Assembly: GCA_046594105.1 (NCBI GenBank)
Contig: JBKJQB010000234.1
Coordinates: 1-63,150, forward strand
Source of the DNA: Thermoanaerobaculia bacterium
GTDB lineage: Bacteria; Acidobacteriota; Thermoanaerobaculia; Gp7-AA8
DNA: 63,150 bases
Direction: 5' to 3'
This document shows positions 13,459-24,373 of this stretch, piece by piece. Below the pieces are notes generated by a model, which saw only the letters and a program-made list of their open reading frames with translations, searched no databases and was not told the origin of the DNA. Position 1 is the stretch's first letter. Every line of letters begins with the position of its first letter. Position numbers and translations under genes: made by a program.

Positions 13459-14319
13459 TCAGCGGCGGCGACCCATCATTTCGTCGACGACGCGGATCAG
13501 TTCTTCCTCGCTCCCATAGCGAACATGGATCACTCCGCCTCGCCGTTTCCGATCGATGTCGACCTTCGTTCGCAACGCCCGCTGGAGCTTCTCCTCGGCG
13601 TCGCGAGTGAACACATCCTTTTCCTTCTCTTTCTTCTCAGCAGTCTTCGTCGAAGTGGCCGAGGCCAGTGTCTCGGTCTGCCGCACGTTCAGGTTGCGGC
13701 GCACCACGCGTTCTGCGAGCTGCTCCTGTTTCTTTGCTGATTCCACCGCCAGCAGCGCGCGCGCGTGGCCCATCGACAGCCGGCCGGCCCCCAGAAGCTT
13801 CTTTACGGAGTCCGGAAGCTTGATCAGGCGGAGAAAGTTCGCCACGGTGGAGCGCTCTTTTCCCACACGCTTCGAGATTTCCTCCTGGGTCAGTCCGAAA
13901 TCCTCGTGCAGCTGGAAGTAGGCGTGCGCCTCTTCCATCGGGTTCAGGTCCTCTCGCTGGATGTTCTCGATCAAGGCAATCTGAAGCGCATCTCCGTCAA
14001 GAAGCATTTCCTTAATGACGGCTGGGATGGAGCGGAGGCCCGCTTTCTGCGCGGCGCGGAAACGGCGCTCACCGGCGATGATCTTATAGCGATCGCCGGA
14101 GCGTGTGACCACGATGGGCTGCACGATGCCGTGCTCGCGAACGCTGCGCGCAAGTTCCTCGATGGAATCTTCATTGAATGTCTTGCGCGGCTGCAGCGGG
14201 TTGGGCTGAATCTGGTCGATCGGAATCTGAGCCAGACCGGCAGCCTGACCGCGCGCCGGTTCGGACCGCTGAGGAATCAGCGCGCCCAGACCGCGCCCGA
14301 GGACTTTTTTCTGATTCAT
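13459..14319 (-). CDS. parB: Chromosome partitioning protein ParB/Spo0J
   Basis: LGRGLGAL, PNPLQPRK, GERRFRA and ENIQREDL motifs. ATG overlaps the parA stop. Confidence 0.97.
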   Translation of the reverse strand: MNQKKVLGRGLGALIPQRSEPARGQAAGLAQIPIDQIQPNPLQPRKTFNEDSIEELARSVREHGIVQPIVVTRSGDRYKIIAGERRFRAAQKAGLRSIPAVIKEMLLDGDALQIALIENIQREDLNPMEEAHAYFQLHEDFGLTQEEISKRVGKERSTVANFLRLIKLPDSVKKLLGAGRLSMGHARALLAVESAKKQEQLAERVVRRNLNVRQTETLASATSTKTAEKKEKEKDVFTRDAEEKLQRALRTKVDIDRKRRGGVIHVRYGSEEELIRVVDEMMGRRR

Positions 14320-15089
14320 GGGAGGACGTTCTCCGCGCGCTGGATGAATTCTCTGGCCAGGCTGACGTAAGCCTCGCTGCCACGCGAACGAATGTCGTAC
14401 AGGATAATCGGTTTCCCGAACGACGGTGCCTCGCCGAGCCGGACGTTGCGCGGGATGACGGTGGCGTAGACCTTCTCCCCGAAGTGACGCCGCACTTCTT
14501 CTGCGACCTGCTTCGCGAGGTTCATCCGGTCGTCGTACATGGTCAGCGCGATTCCCTCGATCTCGAGATTCGGATTCAGTGACTCCCGCACTCGCTCGAT
14601 GGTGTTGAGGAGCTGCGAAGCTCCCTCCAGCGCAAAATACTCGCACTGCATCGGCACCAGGACCGAATCAGCGGCCGTCAGGCCGTTCACTGTGAGAAGA
14701 CCAAGCGACGGAGGGGAATCGATCAGGATGTAATCGAACCGTCCCTTCACGCTTTCCACCGCATTGCGAAGCCGGAACTCCCGCTGCTCGACGCTCCCCA
14801 ACTCGACCTCCGCCCCGACAAGGTCCACCGACGAGGGGGCGATCCAGAGGGTCGGAATCTCAGTCTCACGGATGACCTCGCTCAGAGCGATCTCTTCCAT
14901 GAGAACGGGGTACATCGAATTCTCCTCGTTCTTGCCGATCCCCAAGCCCGAAGTAGCGTTCGCCTGGGGATCCAGGTCGATCAGCAGCACGCGCCGCTCG
15001 CAGGCGGCGATGGATGCCCCGAGATTGATTGCGGTCGTCGTTTTTCCGACGCCGCCTTTCTGGTTCACCAGCGAGACGACTTTCGTCAT
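14316..15089 (-). CDS. parA: Chromosome partitioning ATPase ParA/Soj
   Basis: Deviant Walker A NQKGGVGKTT, DLDPQAN and IPRNVRLGEAPS. ATG overlaps the rsmG stop. Confidence 0.97.
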   Translation of the reverse strand: MTKVVSLVNQKGGVGKTTTAINLGASIAACERRVLLIDLDPQANATSGLGIGKNEENSMYPVLMEEIALSEVIRETEIPTLWIAPSSVDLVGAEVELGSVEQREFRLRNAVESVKGRFDYILIDSPPSLGLLTVNGLTAADSVLVPMQCEYFALEGASQLLNTIERVRESLNPNLEIEGIALTMYDDRMNLAKQVAEEVRRHFGEKVYATVIPRNVRLGEAPSFGKPIILYDIRSRGSEAYVSLAREFIQRAENVLP

Positions 15090-15649
15090 GACTGTTCCAC
15101 GTGAAACTTCATCGTTACCAGGTAATTTGAATCGCCCCTCGGCAGGGTCCAAGCCGCGTCAGGCTGAAAACCGGGAACGGGTTGAGTCTGGCGAGTTCCC
15201 TGAAACAAGGCAGCTCTCCCTTCCGGTTCCATCCAGGCTCTCAACGACGGCAGCCACGTTTCCGGACTGCCGACCGCGCGGGAGGTGACGAGTGAGAAAC
15301 GAAGCTGCGGAGGGAAGCGATCCAGAGCCCTTTCGAGCCTATCACCGTAAATGACCGCGTTCAATCCACACTCCCGCACGACGTGCTTCAAGAAAACCCA
15401 CTTCTTCTGCTCCGATTCGACCAGGTGAAACCGCGCCTCGGGCGACGCGATGGCCATCGGGATCGCCGGCAGTCCACCTCCGCTGCCGAAGTCCAGCACT
15501 TCGCGCTTCGGTTGCAGGAGTTCGGCCGCGGCGAGCGATTCCGCCACATGCGCGTCGAGATTCGCCTTTGCTTCGGGACCGATCAGATTGATCTTTTCGT
15601 TCCAGGAGAGGAGCAGGCGTTTGTACAGGTTCAGCTGGTCTGTGTTCAT
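15086..15649 (-). CDS. rsmG: 16S rRNA m7G527 methyltransferase (GidB)
   Basis: WNEKINL, DFGSGGGLP and TSRAV motifs; lies between mnmG and parA. Confidence 0.93.
   Translation of the reverse strand: MNTDQLNLYKRLLLSWNEKINLIGPEAKANLDAHVAESLAAAELLQPKREVLDFGSGGGLPAIPMAIASPEARFHLVESEQKKWVFLKHVVRECGLNAVIYGDRLERALDRFPPQLRFSLVTSRAVGSPETWLPSLRAWMEPEGRAALFQGTRQTQPVPGFQPDAAWTLPRGDSNYLVTMKFHVEQS
15093..15108. promoter_or_regulatory. parS centromere-like site
   Basis: TGTTCCACGTGAAACT is a near match to the parS consensus TGTT(T/C)CACGTGAAACA. Confidence 0.8.
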
Positions 15650-15713
15650 GACGAGTCGCCCAGCATGGCAAGAGGCGCGGCGACGCGCAACTTCCGCCCG
15701 CGCATAAGAGCAG

Positions 15714-15793
15714 CTAGGAGCCTGCACGGCAGGAAGTCTTGGGGCGTGATCATGGAGGAGCCTTGGGCAACCAGCGCCGCCGGCCGTGCCGGC

Positions 15794-15794
<1 letters not shown>
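15714..15794. repeat. Dispersed ~81 bp repeat, type A, copy 1
   Basis: Matches the reverse complement of 55459-55539 at 75 of 81 positions by manual alignment; ends in GCCGGCCGTGCCGGCC. Confidence 0.85.
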
Positions 15795-17695
<1,901 letters not shown>

Positions 17696-17696
17696 G

Positions 17697-17712
17697 TGTT
17701 TCACGTGGAACA
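17697..17712. promoter_or_regulatory. parS centromere-like site
   Basis: TGTTTCACGTGGAACA, immediately upstream of the mnmG ATG. Confidence 0.88.
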
Positions 17713-17747
17713 CTCGCCCGCGCTGAGGTCATCCCTCCGCAGGGTTC

Positions 17748-19082
17748 TCACTTGCCGATACAGAATTTCGAAAAAATCTCCGCCAGGATCTCGTCGTTGA
17801 GGATGGCCCCGGTGAGGGTGCCAAGCGATCGCGCTGCCCGATGGAGATCGACCAGCACGATCTGCTCTTCGTACCCTTCAGCGATGGAGCGACTGGCCTC
17901 CCTCAAGCCTTCGAGGCACCCTTCGACTGCCAGGCGCTGCCGGTCGTTGATGACGCTCCCGGGCGCCGCGACGAACTGATCGCGTACCTGCTCGTCGAGC
18001 CGCCGGAGCAATTCGTCGACGCCCTTGTCCTCGGTCACGCTGATTCCGAACTCGCCCGCGGGCGCTGGCGCCAGGTCGGTCTTTGTGAAAATGACCTGAG
18101 CGTGGGTGACCCTCGTCAGCTCCAGCCGATCTGCTTCAGTCAACCCGATCTGCGCGTCCACTAAATACAGGACGAGATCGGCGCTTCGAGCGGCCGCTCG
18201 AGCGCGCTCGATGCCGATCCCCTCGACCGGATCCTCGCTTTCGCGGAGGCCCGCTGTGTCAGCGACGGTCACTGGCAACCCGCCGATCTCGAAGGTCTCG
18301 CGAATGATGTCTCGCGTCGTGCCGGCAACGGAAGTCACGATGGCCCGGTCGCTCCCGACCAGCCGATTCAGCAGGCTGGACTTGCCCGCATTCGGCCGCC
18401 CCAGAATGACCGCAAACAGTCCGCTGGACGTCGCTGCCCCGCGCTGGTACGTACGGCTCATCGCCTCCACTTCACCAGTCGCACCCCGGATGACCCGCTC
18501 GAGCTCGACTCGGTCAATGAAGTCATACCCCTCTTCAGAGAAGTCGAGCGTCGCTTCCAGCCGGACGATCGCATCAAGCATGGACCGGCGCACCGATGCG
18601 GCGCGACGACTGAGGTCGCCCTGAAGATTGCCAAGGAGAAGCTGAGCCTGCAGAGCAGTTCGCGAATTGATGAGCTCGGCGATCGCCTCCGCCTGAACGA
18701 GGTCGATTTTTCCGTTCAGCACGGCACGTTCGGAAAACTCGCCGGGCTCAGCATGGCGAGCCCCCAGCGAGACGATTTCCCGGATCGCGCGCTGCACGAG
18801 CGCCGGGTTCCCGTGGAGAGTCAGCTCCATCAGGTCGTTGCCTGTGAAGGACGACGGCCCGAAGAAGGGCGTCAAGACAACGTCGTCCAGAATCGCTCCG
18901 TCTTCTTTCCATAATTCCACATGAACCGCCAAACGCGGCGTGAACGAAGCCCTGCGCGTCAGCGTTTTAAGAATCCTGACGCTGTCCGGACCGTCGATGC
19001 GAATGACGGCCAGCGCGCTTCTGGCGAGGGGCGTCGCAGCGGCGACGATGGTGTCGTCCGGACGCCTCCCCGCTGCACTCAC
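17748..19082 (-). CDS. mnmE: tRNA modification GTPase MnmE (TrmE)
   Basis: DTIVAAATP, GRPNAGKSS, GTTRD, DTAGLR and C-terminal FCIGK. GTG start overlaps the jag stop. Confidence 0.96.
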   Translation of the reverse strand: MSAAGRRPDDTIVAAATPLARSALAVIRIDGPDSVRILKTLTRRASFTPRLAVHVELWKEDGAILDDVVLTPFFGPSSFTGNDLMELTLHGNPALVQRAIREIVSLGARHAEPGEFSERAVLNGKIDLVQAEAIAELINSRTALQAQLLLGNLQGDLSRRAASVRRSMLDAIVRLEATLDFSEEGYDFIDRVELERVIRGATGEVEAMSRTYQRGAATSSGLFAVILGRPNAGKSSLLNRLVGSDRAIVTSVAGTTRDIIRETFEIGGLPVTVADTAGLRESEDPVEGIGIERARAAARSADLVLYLVDAQIGLTEADRLELTRVTHAQVIFTKTDLAPAPAGEFGISVTEDKGVDELLRRLDEQVRDQFVAAPGSVINDRQRLAVEGCLEGLREASRSIAEGYEEQIVLVDLHRAARSLGTLTGAILNDEILAEIFSKFCIGK

Positions 19083-19972
19083 GGCGAAGTCGAAGGAGGT
19101 TCTGCGGCAGATCCGGGCGCCCGCTTGACGATGGCCACCCGCTTGTAGAAACCCTCGCCTCGTGACTCTGTGGCGACGTCGCCCGCGTCCCGCAGCGCCA
19201 GATGGATGATGCGGCGCTCGATGGGAGTCATCGCCGGAAGCAGTTGCTCGCGACCATCCTGCCGGACGCGATCGGCCACTTCCCGTGCTGTCTGTTCGAG
19301 CGCGCCGGTGCGACGCTCCTTGAAGGCATCGCTGTCGAATTCGATGGGCTTCTCCGTCTTGCGACCGACCAGCGCTTTGTTCGCCAGTACCTGGATGGCG
19401 TCGAGCAATTCGCCGTGCTGATCCACCAGCTTGACGGTGTCCCGCCCATGCAGGCGGACAGCGATCTGCTCGTCGTCTTCTGAGGTGCGCACGACGAGCT
19501 CGAGACCCGCGGTTTCGATGAGCTCCTCGCACCACAACCGCACGTCGCGGGCATGCTCGGACTCCGCTCCCTGGGGGGGAACCTCGGCAGCGAATCGCTC
19601 GAAGTCTCCCGATTGCAGCGCTTCATCTTGACGAGGCTCGCGAGAACCTCCACCGCTTCGAGAGCTCCCACCGCCTGATCGCCGCCCTCGGCTGCGGGGC
19701 CGGTCGCCCCGACTGCGGTCGCCAGCCGGCGCCCCGCCCTGCGCGCTCACTGGTTCCCCAACCGAGGATCGCTGCGTAGTCGCGGCTTCCGCGGAGCCCG
19801 TCGCAGCGGTCTGGTTGACTTCGGCCTCGATGACCACATGCTTCACCGCCCCAAGAAACCCGCGCTTCTCCTGGACGACGTGATAGGTCAGTTGGTAGCG
19901 ATCGACACTGAGGGCCTGCGCCGCCAGCGTCAGTGCTTCTTCGAGATTCTTTCCTTCGAATTGCTGAGCCAT
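19079..19972 (-). CDS. jag: Jag/EloR (KhpB) RNA-binding protein (Jag_N, KH, R3H)
   Basis: KRGFLG and R3H motif ERRIIH...ESRGEG; follows yidC. Confidence 0.9.
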   Translation of the reverse strand: MAQQFEGKNLEEALTLAAQALSVDRYQLTYHVVQEKRGFLGAVKHVVIEAEVNQTAATGSAEAATTQRSSVGEPVSAQGGAPAGDRSRGDRPRSRGRRSGGGSSRSGGGSREPRQDEALQSGDFERFAAEVPPQGAESEHARDVRLWCEELIETAGLELVVRTSEDDEQIAVRLHGRDTVKLVDQHGELLDAIQVLANKALVGRKTEKPIEFDSDAFKERRTGALEQTAREVADRVRQDGREQLLPAMTPIERRIIHLALRDAGDVATESRGEGFYKRVAIVKRAPGSAAEPPSTSP

Positions 19973-19990
19973 GTTGTGGTCCTTGTCGCG

Positions 19991-21676
19991 TCAGACGGTC
20001 TGCGTCTCTGCCGGCTGATCCTTCCAGAACTTGTTCATGATCAACTGCTGCAGGATGGTCAGGACATTCTGCATCAGGTAGTAGAGCACCACGCCGGAAG
20101 GCAGCTCTTTAAAGATCCAACCCATGACCAGCGGCATGATGAGGAACATGCGTCTCTGCATGGCATCGCCGGTGGTCGGTGTCATGGCCTGCTGGATGAA
20201 CATCGTGATCATCATCAGCAAGGGAGTGATGTAGTAGGGATCTTTCGCGGACAGGTCGTGGATCCAGAGAATGAACGGCGCGTGACGCAGCTCAATCGCG
20301 TGTGAGAGCAGATTGTAGAAGCCCCAGAGAATTGGTACCTGCAGCGCGAACGGAAGACAGCCTCCGGCAGGATTGATCCCTTCCTGCTGGTAGAGCTTCA
20401 TCATGTCCGCGTTCATCTTCTGCCGCTGGTCGGGGTCGGTCTTCGCCTTCTTGTAGCGTGCCTTGATGGCCTCCATCTTCGGCTGCATCTTCTGCATCTT
20501 CTTCATCGACACGATCCACTTGTGCTGCAGCGGATAGAGCACGATCTTGATCAGAATGGTGAGCACGATGATGGCGAATCCGTAGTTGTGCGTGTACTTG
20601 TTGATCGCGGTGAGCCCGACCAGCAGGAAGCGCGCGATGATGCCGAACATCCCGTACTGGAGAGTCTTTTCGAAACCGTACTGGTCGAGGGTGTACGTCT
20701 CCTTCGGACCGAAGAAGGCCGACCCGGCGAGCTGACCGTCCGGTCCGGCGTTGACGGCGGCGTACAGCTCGCGACGAAGGTCGTTCTTCGCGCCGGCCGG
20801 GACATCGATCGCGTGAATAACGCCTACCGACGGCCTGTCCGGGCGGAGGACCGAGAGGAAATAGTTGTCTTCGATGCCGACGTACTGCACGGTTCCCAGC
20901 AGGCTGGTCTTGTCGGCCTTCTCGCGCGCCACGACCTTCAGGCTGTCGTCGCGCTGCACCACACCATTTCCCGTGATGATGAACTGGCTGTCCTTCTCTT
21001 CGCGCTCCAGCGTACGGATGCCGGGGCCGATGGCGATGCGGTAGGCCGTCGAGGGACTGACGGCGACCTCATAGTGGAAAAGGTACTGGCTCGAAATCCG
21101 GAACGTCTTGGTCACCGAGAGCGAACCGTCGGAGAATCGATACTCCAGAATCCGAGTGCCGCTCTCGGTCCGATCATTCAATTGATAAAGGGCGCTGTTC
21201 GCCTTGCGCGATAGGTTTGCGTCGCTCGACTCGATGGCGAACGGAAAGTCGGTCCGTCCTGCATCGCGTGCCTTGACCAACTCGACCTGGCTGCCGTCTT
21301 TTGCCTGGTAGTTCTTGAGCTGGAACGAGACCAGCGTCGCTCCGCGGTTGGAGAAGCGGGCCACGAAGTTGGGCGCGTCCACGATCGACTCGGTCAACTG
21401 CGAGCCGCCCACGGGGACCACGGCGATCGGGGCTGCGACTGGAGGCTGGCCGATGGAGGTTGCTGCGGCGGTGGAGGTTGCTGCGGCGGTGAGAGGCGTC
21501 GACGTGATTGCCGTTGCCGTCGGGGCCGGGCGGGGCGGGGTCGTCTCCGGGACGAGCGTGGACGCCGCCGGCACGGGACGCTTCATCAGGTCGGGGAATA
21601 GCTTGGGAGCCAAGGCGGCCCAAAGCCAAAGCAGTCCGATGGAGATCAGAACGGCGGAGAAAATTCGTTTTTCCAT
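19991..21676 (-). CDS. yidC: Membrane protein insertase YidC
   Basis: NYGFAII, INPAGGCLP, WIHDLSAKDPYYI and PSGVVLYY motifs. Confidence 0.97.
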   Translation of the reverse strand: MEKRIFSAVLISIGLLWLWAALAPKLFPDLMKRPVPAASTLVPETTPPRPAPTATAITSTPLTAAATSTAAATSIGQPPVAAPIAVVPVGGSQLTESIVDAPNFVARFSNRGATLVSFQLKNYQAKDGSQVELVKARDAGRTDFPFAIESSDANLSRKANSALYQLNDRTESGTRILEYRFSDGSLSVTKTFRISSQYLFHYEVAVSPSTAYRIAIGPGIRTLEREEKDSQFIITGNGVVQRDDSLKVVAREKADKTSLLGTVQYVGIEDNYFLSVLRPDRPSVGVIHAIDVPAGAKNDLRRELYAAVNAGPDGQLAGSAFFGPKETYTLDQYGFEKTLQYGMFGIIARFLLVGLTAINKYTHNYGFAIIVLTILIKIVLYPLQHKWIVSMKKMQKMQPKMEAIKARYKKAKTDPDQRQKMNADMMKLYQQEGINPAGGCLPFALQVPILWGFYNLLSHAIELRHAPFILWIHDLSAKDPYYITPLLMMITMFIQQAMTPTTGDAMQRRMFLIMPLVMGWIFKELPSGVVLYYLMQNVLTILQQLIMNKFWKDQPAETQTV

Positions 21677-21677
21677 T

Positions 21678-21887
21678 TCAAGGGACGGGGTCCCAGCCTC
21701 CAGGGTTCAGCGGGTGACAGCGGACGAGCCGGCGAATACCCAGCCAGACCCCTCGCGCGGCCCCATATTTTTCAATCGATTGCATCGTGTAAATCGAGCA
21801 GGTCGGCTCGAAGCGGCACATCGGTGGCAGGAACGGCGAGATCGCCTTCTTGTAAAACTGCAGCAACGCCAGAAGAGGAGTCCGCAT
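21678..21887 (-). CDS. yidD: Membrane protein insertion efficiency factor YidD
   Basis: ISP...CRFEPTCS and [14 protein letters not shown] motifs. Confidence 0.95.
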   Translation of the reverse strand: MRTPLLALLQFYKKAISPFLPPMCRFEPTCSIYTMQSIEKYGAARGVWLGIRRLVRCHPLNPGGWDPVP

Positions 21888-21890
21888 CGC

Positions 21891-22268
21891 TCATCGGCTC
21901 TTGCCGTCGGGAGCGCCCGCGCGTTGAAGTGCGCGCTGAAGATCGACACTGTAATCCAGATACGAAGCGGCCGCGGCGGCTGGTTTGACGTTGACCACGT
22001 AGTCGAAATGACGCGCGTCCAGCCCCAGCGGTTCGCGCTGACGACGATACGTTTCCCGAGTCCAGCGCTTGAGGCGATTGCGGACCACCGCACCGCCGAG
22101 CTTCTTGGTCGCGGTCACGCCAAGGCGCGAGTGCGCGAGGTCGTTACCCGAGAAGAAGACGACGCAGTATCGGGAAAACATCTTCCGGCCCGCCTCATAG
22201 ACATGCAGAAACTCGCGACGTTTCGCGAGCCTCATGCTTCTGGGCAGGGCCTGCGAAGGCAGCTCCAC
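21891..22268 (-). CDS. rnpA: Ribonuclease P protein component
   Basis: RLAKRREF and RLGVTATKKLGGAVVRNRLKR. Start uncertain (GTG 22268 or ATG 22235). Confidence 0.9.
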   Translation of the reverse strand: MELPSQALPRSMRLAKRREFLHVYEAGRKMFSRYCVVFFSGNDLAHSRLGVTATKKLGGAVVRNRLKRWTRETYRRQREPLGLDARHFDYVVNVKPAAAAASYLDYSVDLQRALQRAGAPDGKSR

Positions 22269-22404
22269 TGATTGCTTCTGCGGGCGCGGGGCCGCGCCAG
22301 TCCGCCGTTCTCGCACGATCAATGCTGCTCGCACCGGGCATTGTCGCAGCCGTCCAGCAGCGGATGCTTCTCTGGCGGCGACAGGAACGCTTGAAGGGGA
22401 CAGG

Positions 22405-22539
22405 CTAGACGGCGAGGCGCTTGCGGCCTTTGCGGCGGCGCCGCGACAGCACTGCCTGACCATCCTTGGTCCGCATCCGGACCAGGAAGCCGTGCGTGCG
22501 TTTGCGACGGCGGTTGTTTGGCTGAAATGTACGCTTCAT
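22405..22539 (-). CDS. rpmH: 50S ribosomal protein L34
   Basis: [22 protein letters not shown]; 44 aa. Confidence 0.98.
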   Translation of the reverse strand: MKRTFQPNNRRRKRTHGFLVRMRTKDGQAVLSRRRRKGRKRLAV

Positions 22540-22741
22540 GTTGAGTGAACCCTCTGAAAGGAAAGCGGTGAGTGTAGCGCGGTCCGGTATTCGACAAATC
22601 GAACCGCAAGCGACGGGCCTCAACGTGAGCCCCTGGTGCCCTATTCCACGCACCGGTCAAGGCTCCCATCGGTCCTTCTTTCCGTCCGTGGGGATCTCAA
22701 TTCCTTCCCCCAGCAGATCCCTTGGGAGTCGGTTTGTGCTG

Positions 22742-22804
22742 TGCTAGACTCCCGCTCCCGTTTTCCGTCCGCGATTTCCACAGATGTGGAAAAGTTGTGG
22801 ATTT
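22742..22804 (+). promoter_or_regulatory. Putative dnaA promoter followed by three DnaA-box-like sites
   Basis: Extended -10 TGCTAGACT (22742-22750), then ATTTCCACA (22774), TGTGGAAAA (22785) and TGTGGATTT (22796). Confidence 0.65.
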
Positions 22805-22830
22805 TCAGAAGGATAGGCCGTTCCCGCCCG

Positions 22831-24138
22831 ATGAATCTCTGGAAGCAAGTGCTCGACCGTCTGGAGGAGTCCATCGACCGGACGGAGTACGAGAACTGGT
22901 TTGTCCCTACCCGCTTTCTTGCTCAGAAAGGGGACACCATTGACGTGGGCGTTCCCTCCCAGCGGTTCATCGACGTCATCCGCGATCGATACGCCTCCCA
23001 GATTCGCTCGATCCTTGACGAGCTGTCCACCGATCGTCTGAACCTTCACCTCATCGCGGAGCGCCAGGAACCAGGGGCCGAAAGCACACCACAGCTCCTG
23101 CCCCCGGCCGCTGAGCTCCCCTCTTCAATCTTCAATCCCCGCTACCGCTTCGAAACGTTTGTGGTCGGAAAATCCAACGAGCTCGCCTTCGCCGCATCGA
23201 AGTCGATCTCCGAGAATCCCAGCGGCTCGTTCAATCCCCTCTTCATCTACGGAGGGGCCGGCCTCGGCAAGACGCATCTCATTCAGGCCATCGGTCAGGA
23301 GATCCGCAGCAAAGGACGACGGCTGAAGGTGGTCTACATGTCGGCCGACTCATTCGTCACCGAGTTGATCACCTCGATCCGCTACGACCGCATGCAGCAG
23401 TTTCGTGACCGCTACCGGTCGGTCGATGCGTTGCTACTCGATGACATCCAGTTTCTGGCGGGCAAGGAACGGACGCAGGAAGAGTTCTTCCACACCTTCA
23501 ACGCGCTCTACGAAGCGCAGAAGCAGATCGTGTTCACCTCCGACGCGCCGCCCAAAGACATTCCCACGCTCGAGGAACGGCTCCGCTCCCGTTTCGAATG
23601 GGGACTGATCGCCGATATCCAGCCGCCGGACCTGGAAACGAAAGTGGCCATCCTGCGAAAGAAAGCGGAAGAGAAGAAGCTCGACTTGCCCCATGAGGTC
23701 GCGCTGTTCATCGCCGAGCGGGTTCGATCGAACATCCGCGAACTGGAAGGACACCTCAATCGCGTCACCGCATTTGCTTCCCTCACCGGCAATCGGGTGT
23801 CCATCGATCTGGCAAAGGAAGCGCTCAAGGATCTGCTGTCGAAAGACAACAAGCCGATCACATCGACGGAAATCCAAAAGGTGGTGGCAGCGCACTACGG
23901 CATCAAGGTCTCCGATCTGAAATCGAAATCCAATTCGCGGCCCATCGCCTACCCGCGCCAGGTAGCGATGTATATCTGCAAGCAACTCACCGATCTGTCC
24001 TATCCGGAAATCGGCAAGCAGTTCAACAACAAGCACCACTCCACGGTCATGTACTCGGTGGAGAAGATCGAGCAGCTGATGCAGGACGACCAGCAGGTCG
24101 CGCGCACGATTGAGATGCTGACCAAGCAGTTCCGCTGA
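22831..24138 (+). CDS. dnaA: Chromosomal replication initiator DnaA
   Basis: FETFVVG, NPLFIYGGAGLGKTHL, LDDIQF, RLRSRFEWGL and domain IV PRQVAMY. Confidence 0.99.
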   Translation: MNLWKQVLDRLEESIDRTEYENWFVPTRFLAQKGDTIDVGVPSQRFIDVIRDRYASQIRSILDELSTDRLNLHLIAERQEPGAESTPQLLPPAAELPSSIFNPRYRFETFVVGKSNELAFAASKSISENPSGSFNPLFIYGGAGLGKTHLIQAIGQEIRSKGRRLKVVYMSADSFVTELITSIRYDRMQQFRDRYRSVDALLLDDIQFLAGKERTQEEFFHTFNALYEAQKQIVFTSDAPPKDIPTLEERLRSRFEWGLIADIQPPDLETKVAILRKKAEEKKLDLPHEVALFIAERVRSNIRELEGHLNRVTAFASLTGNRVSIDLAKEALKDLLSKDNKPITSTEIQKVVAAHYGIKVSDLKSKSNSRPIAYPRQVAMYICKQLTDLSYPEIGKQFNNKHHSTVMYSVEKIEQLMQDDQQVARTIEMLTKQFR

Positions 24139-24373
24139 GCCTGCGGAAAGGTCCTACGAAAAGCTGTGGAAGGTTCGACCCTCGGTCGGCGTCCCTCCGT
24201 GGCCTGCGGAAATCGCCTGCGTTTTCCGGCGCTTTTCCTCGACGAAACCCGCAGGTTCGCATGAGTGAGAACTGCTATACTTTCGAAACCTTTGCAGCCA
24301 ATCCTGTGTTTTTCCTCACGCACCCACTACCACTACTACTAAAAAGAAATACTCTGTTTTAAGGAAGAGGCGT
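24139..24373. other. Putative replication origin oriC (dnaA-dnaN intergenic)
   Basis: Degenerate boxes TGCGGAAAG, TGTGGAAGG, TGCGGAAAT and TTTTCCTCA (24310), then CTA/CCA trinucleotide repeats (24325-24341) and an AT-rich tract. Gene orientation flips at rpmH/dnaA. Confidence 0.75.

Noticed and set aside
19083-19535. Long N-terminal extensions in the ORF track (mnmE, parB, dnaA, rnpA, ABC permease, esterase, transglutaminase)
   Set aside because: They overlap upstream genes or repeats; downstream starts fit family N-termini and ribosome-binding or coupling signals.
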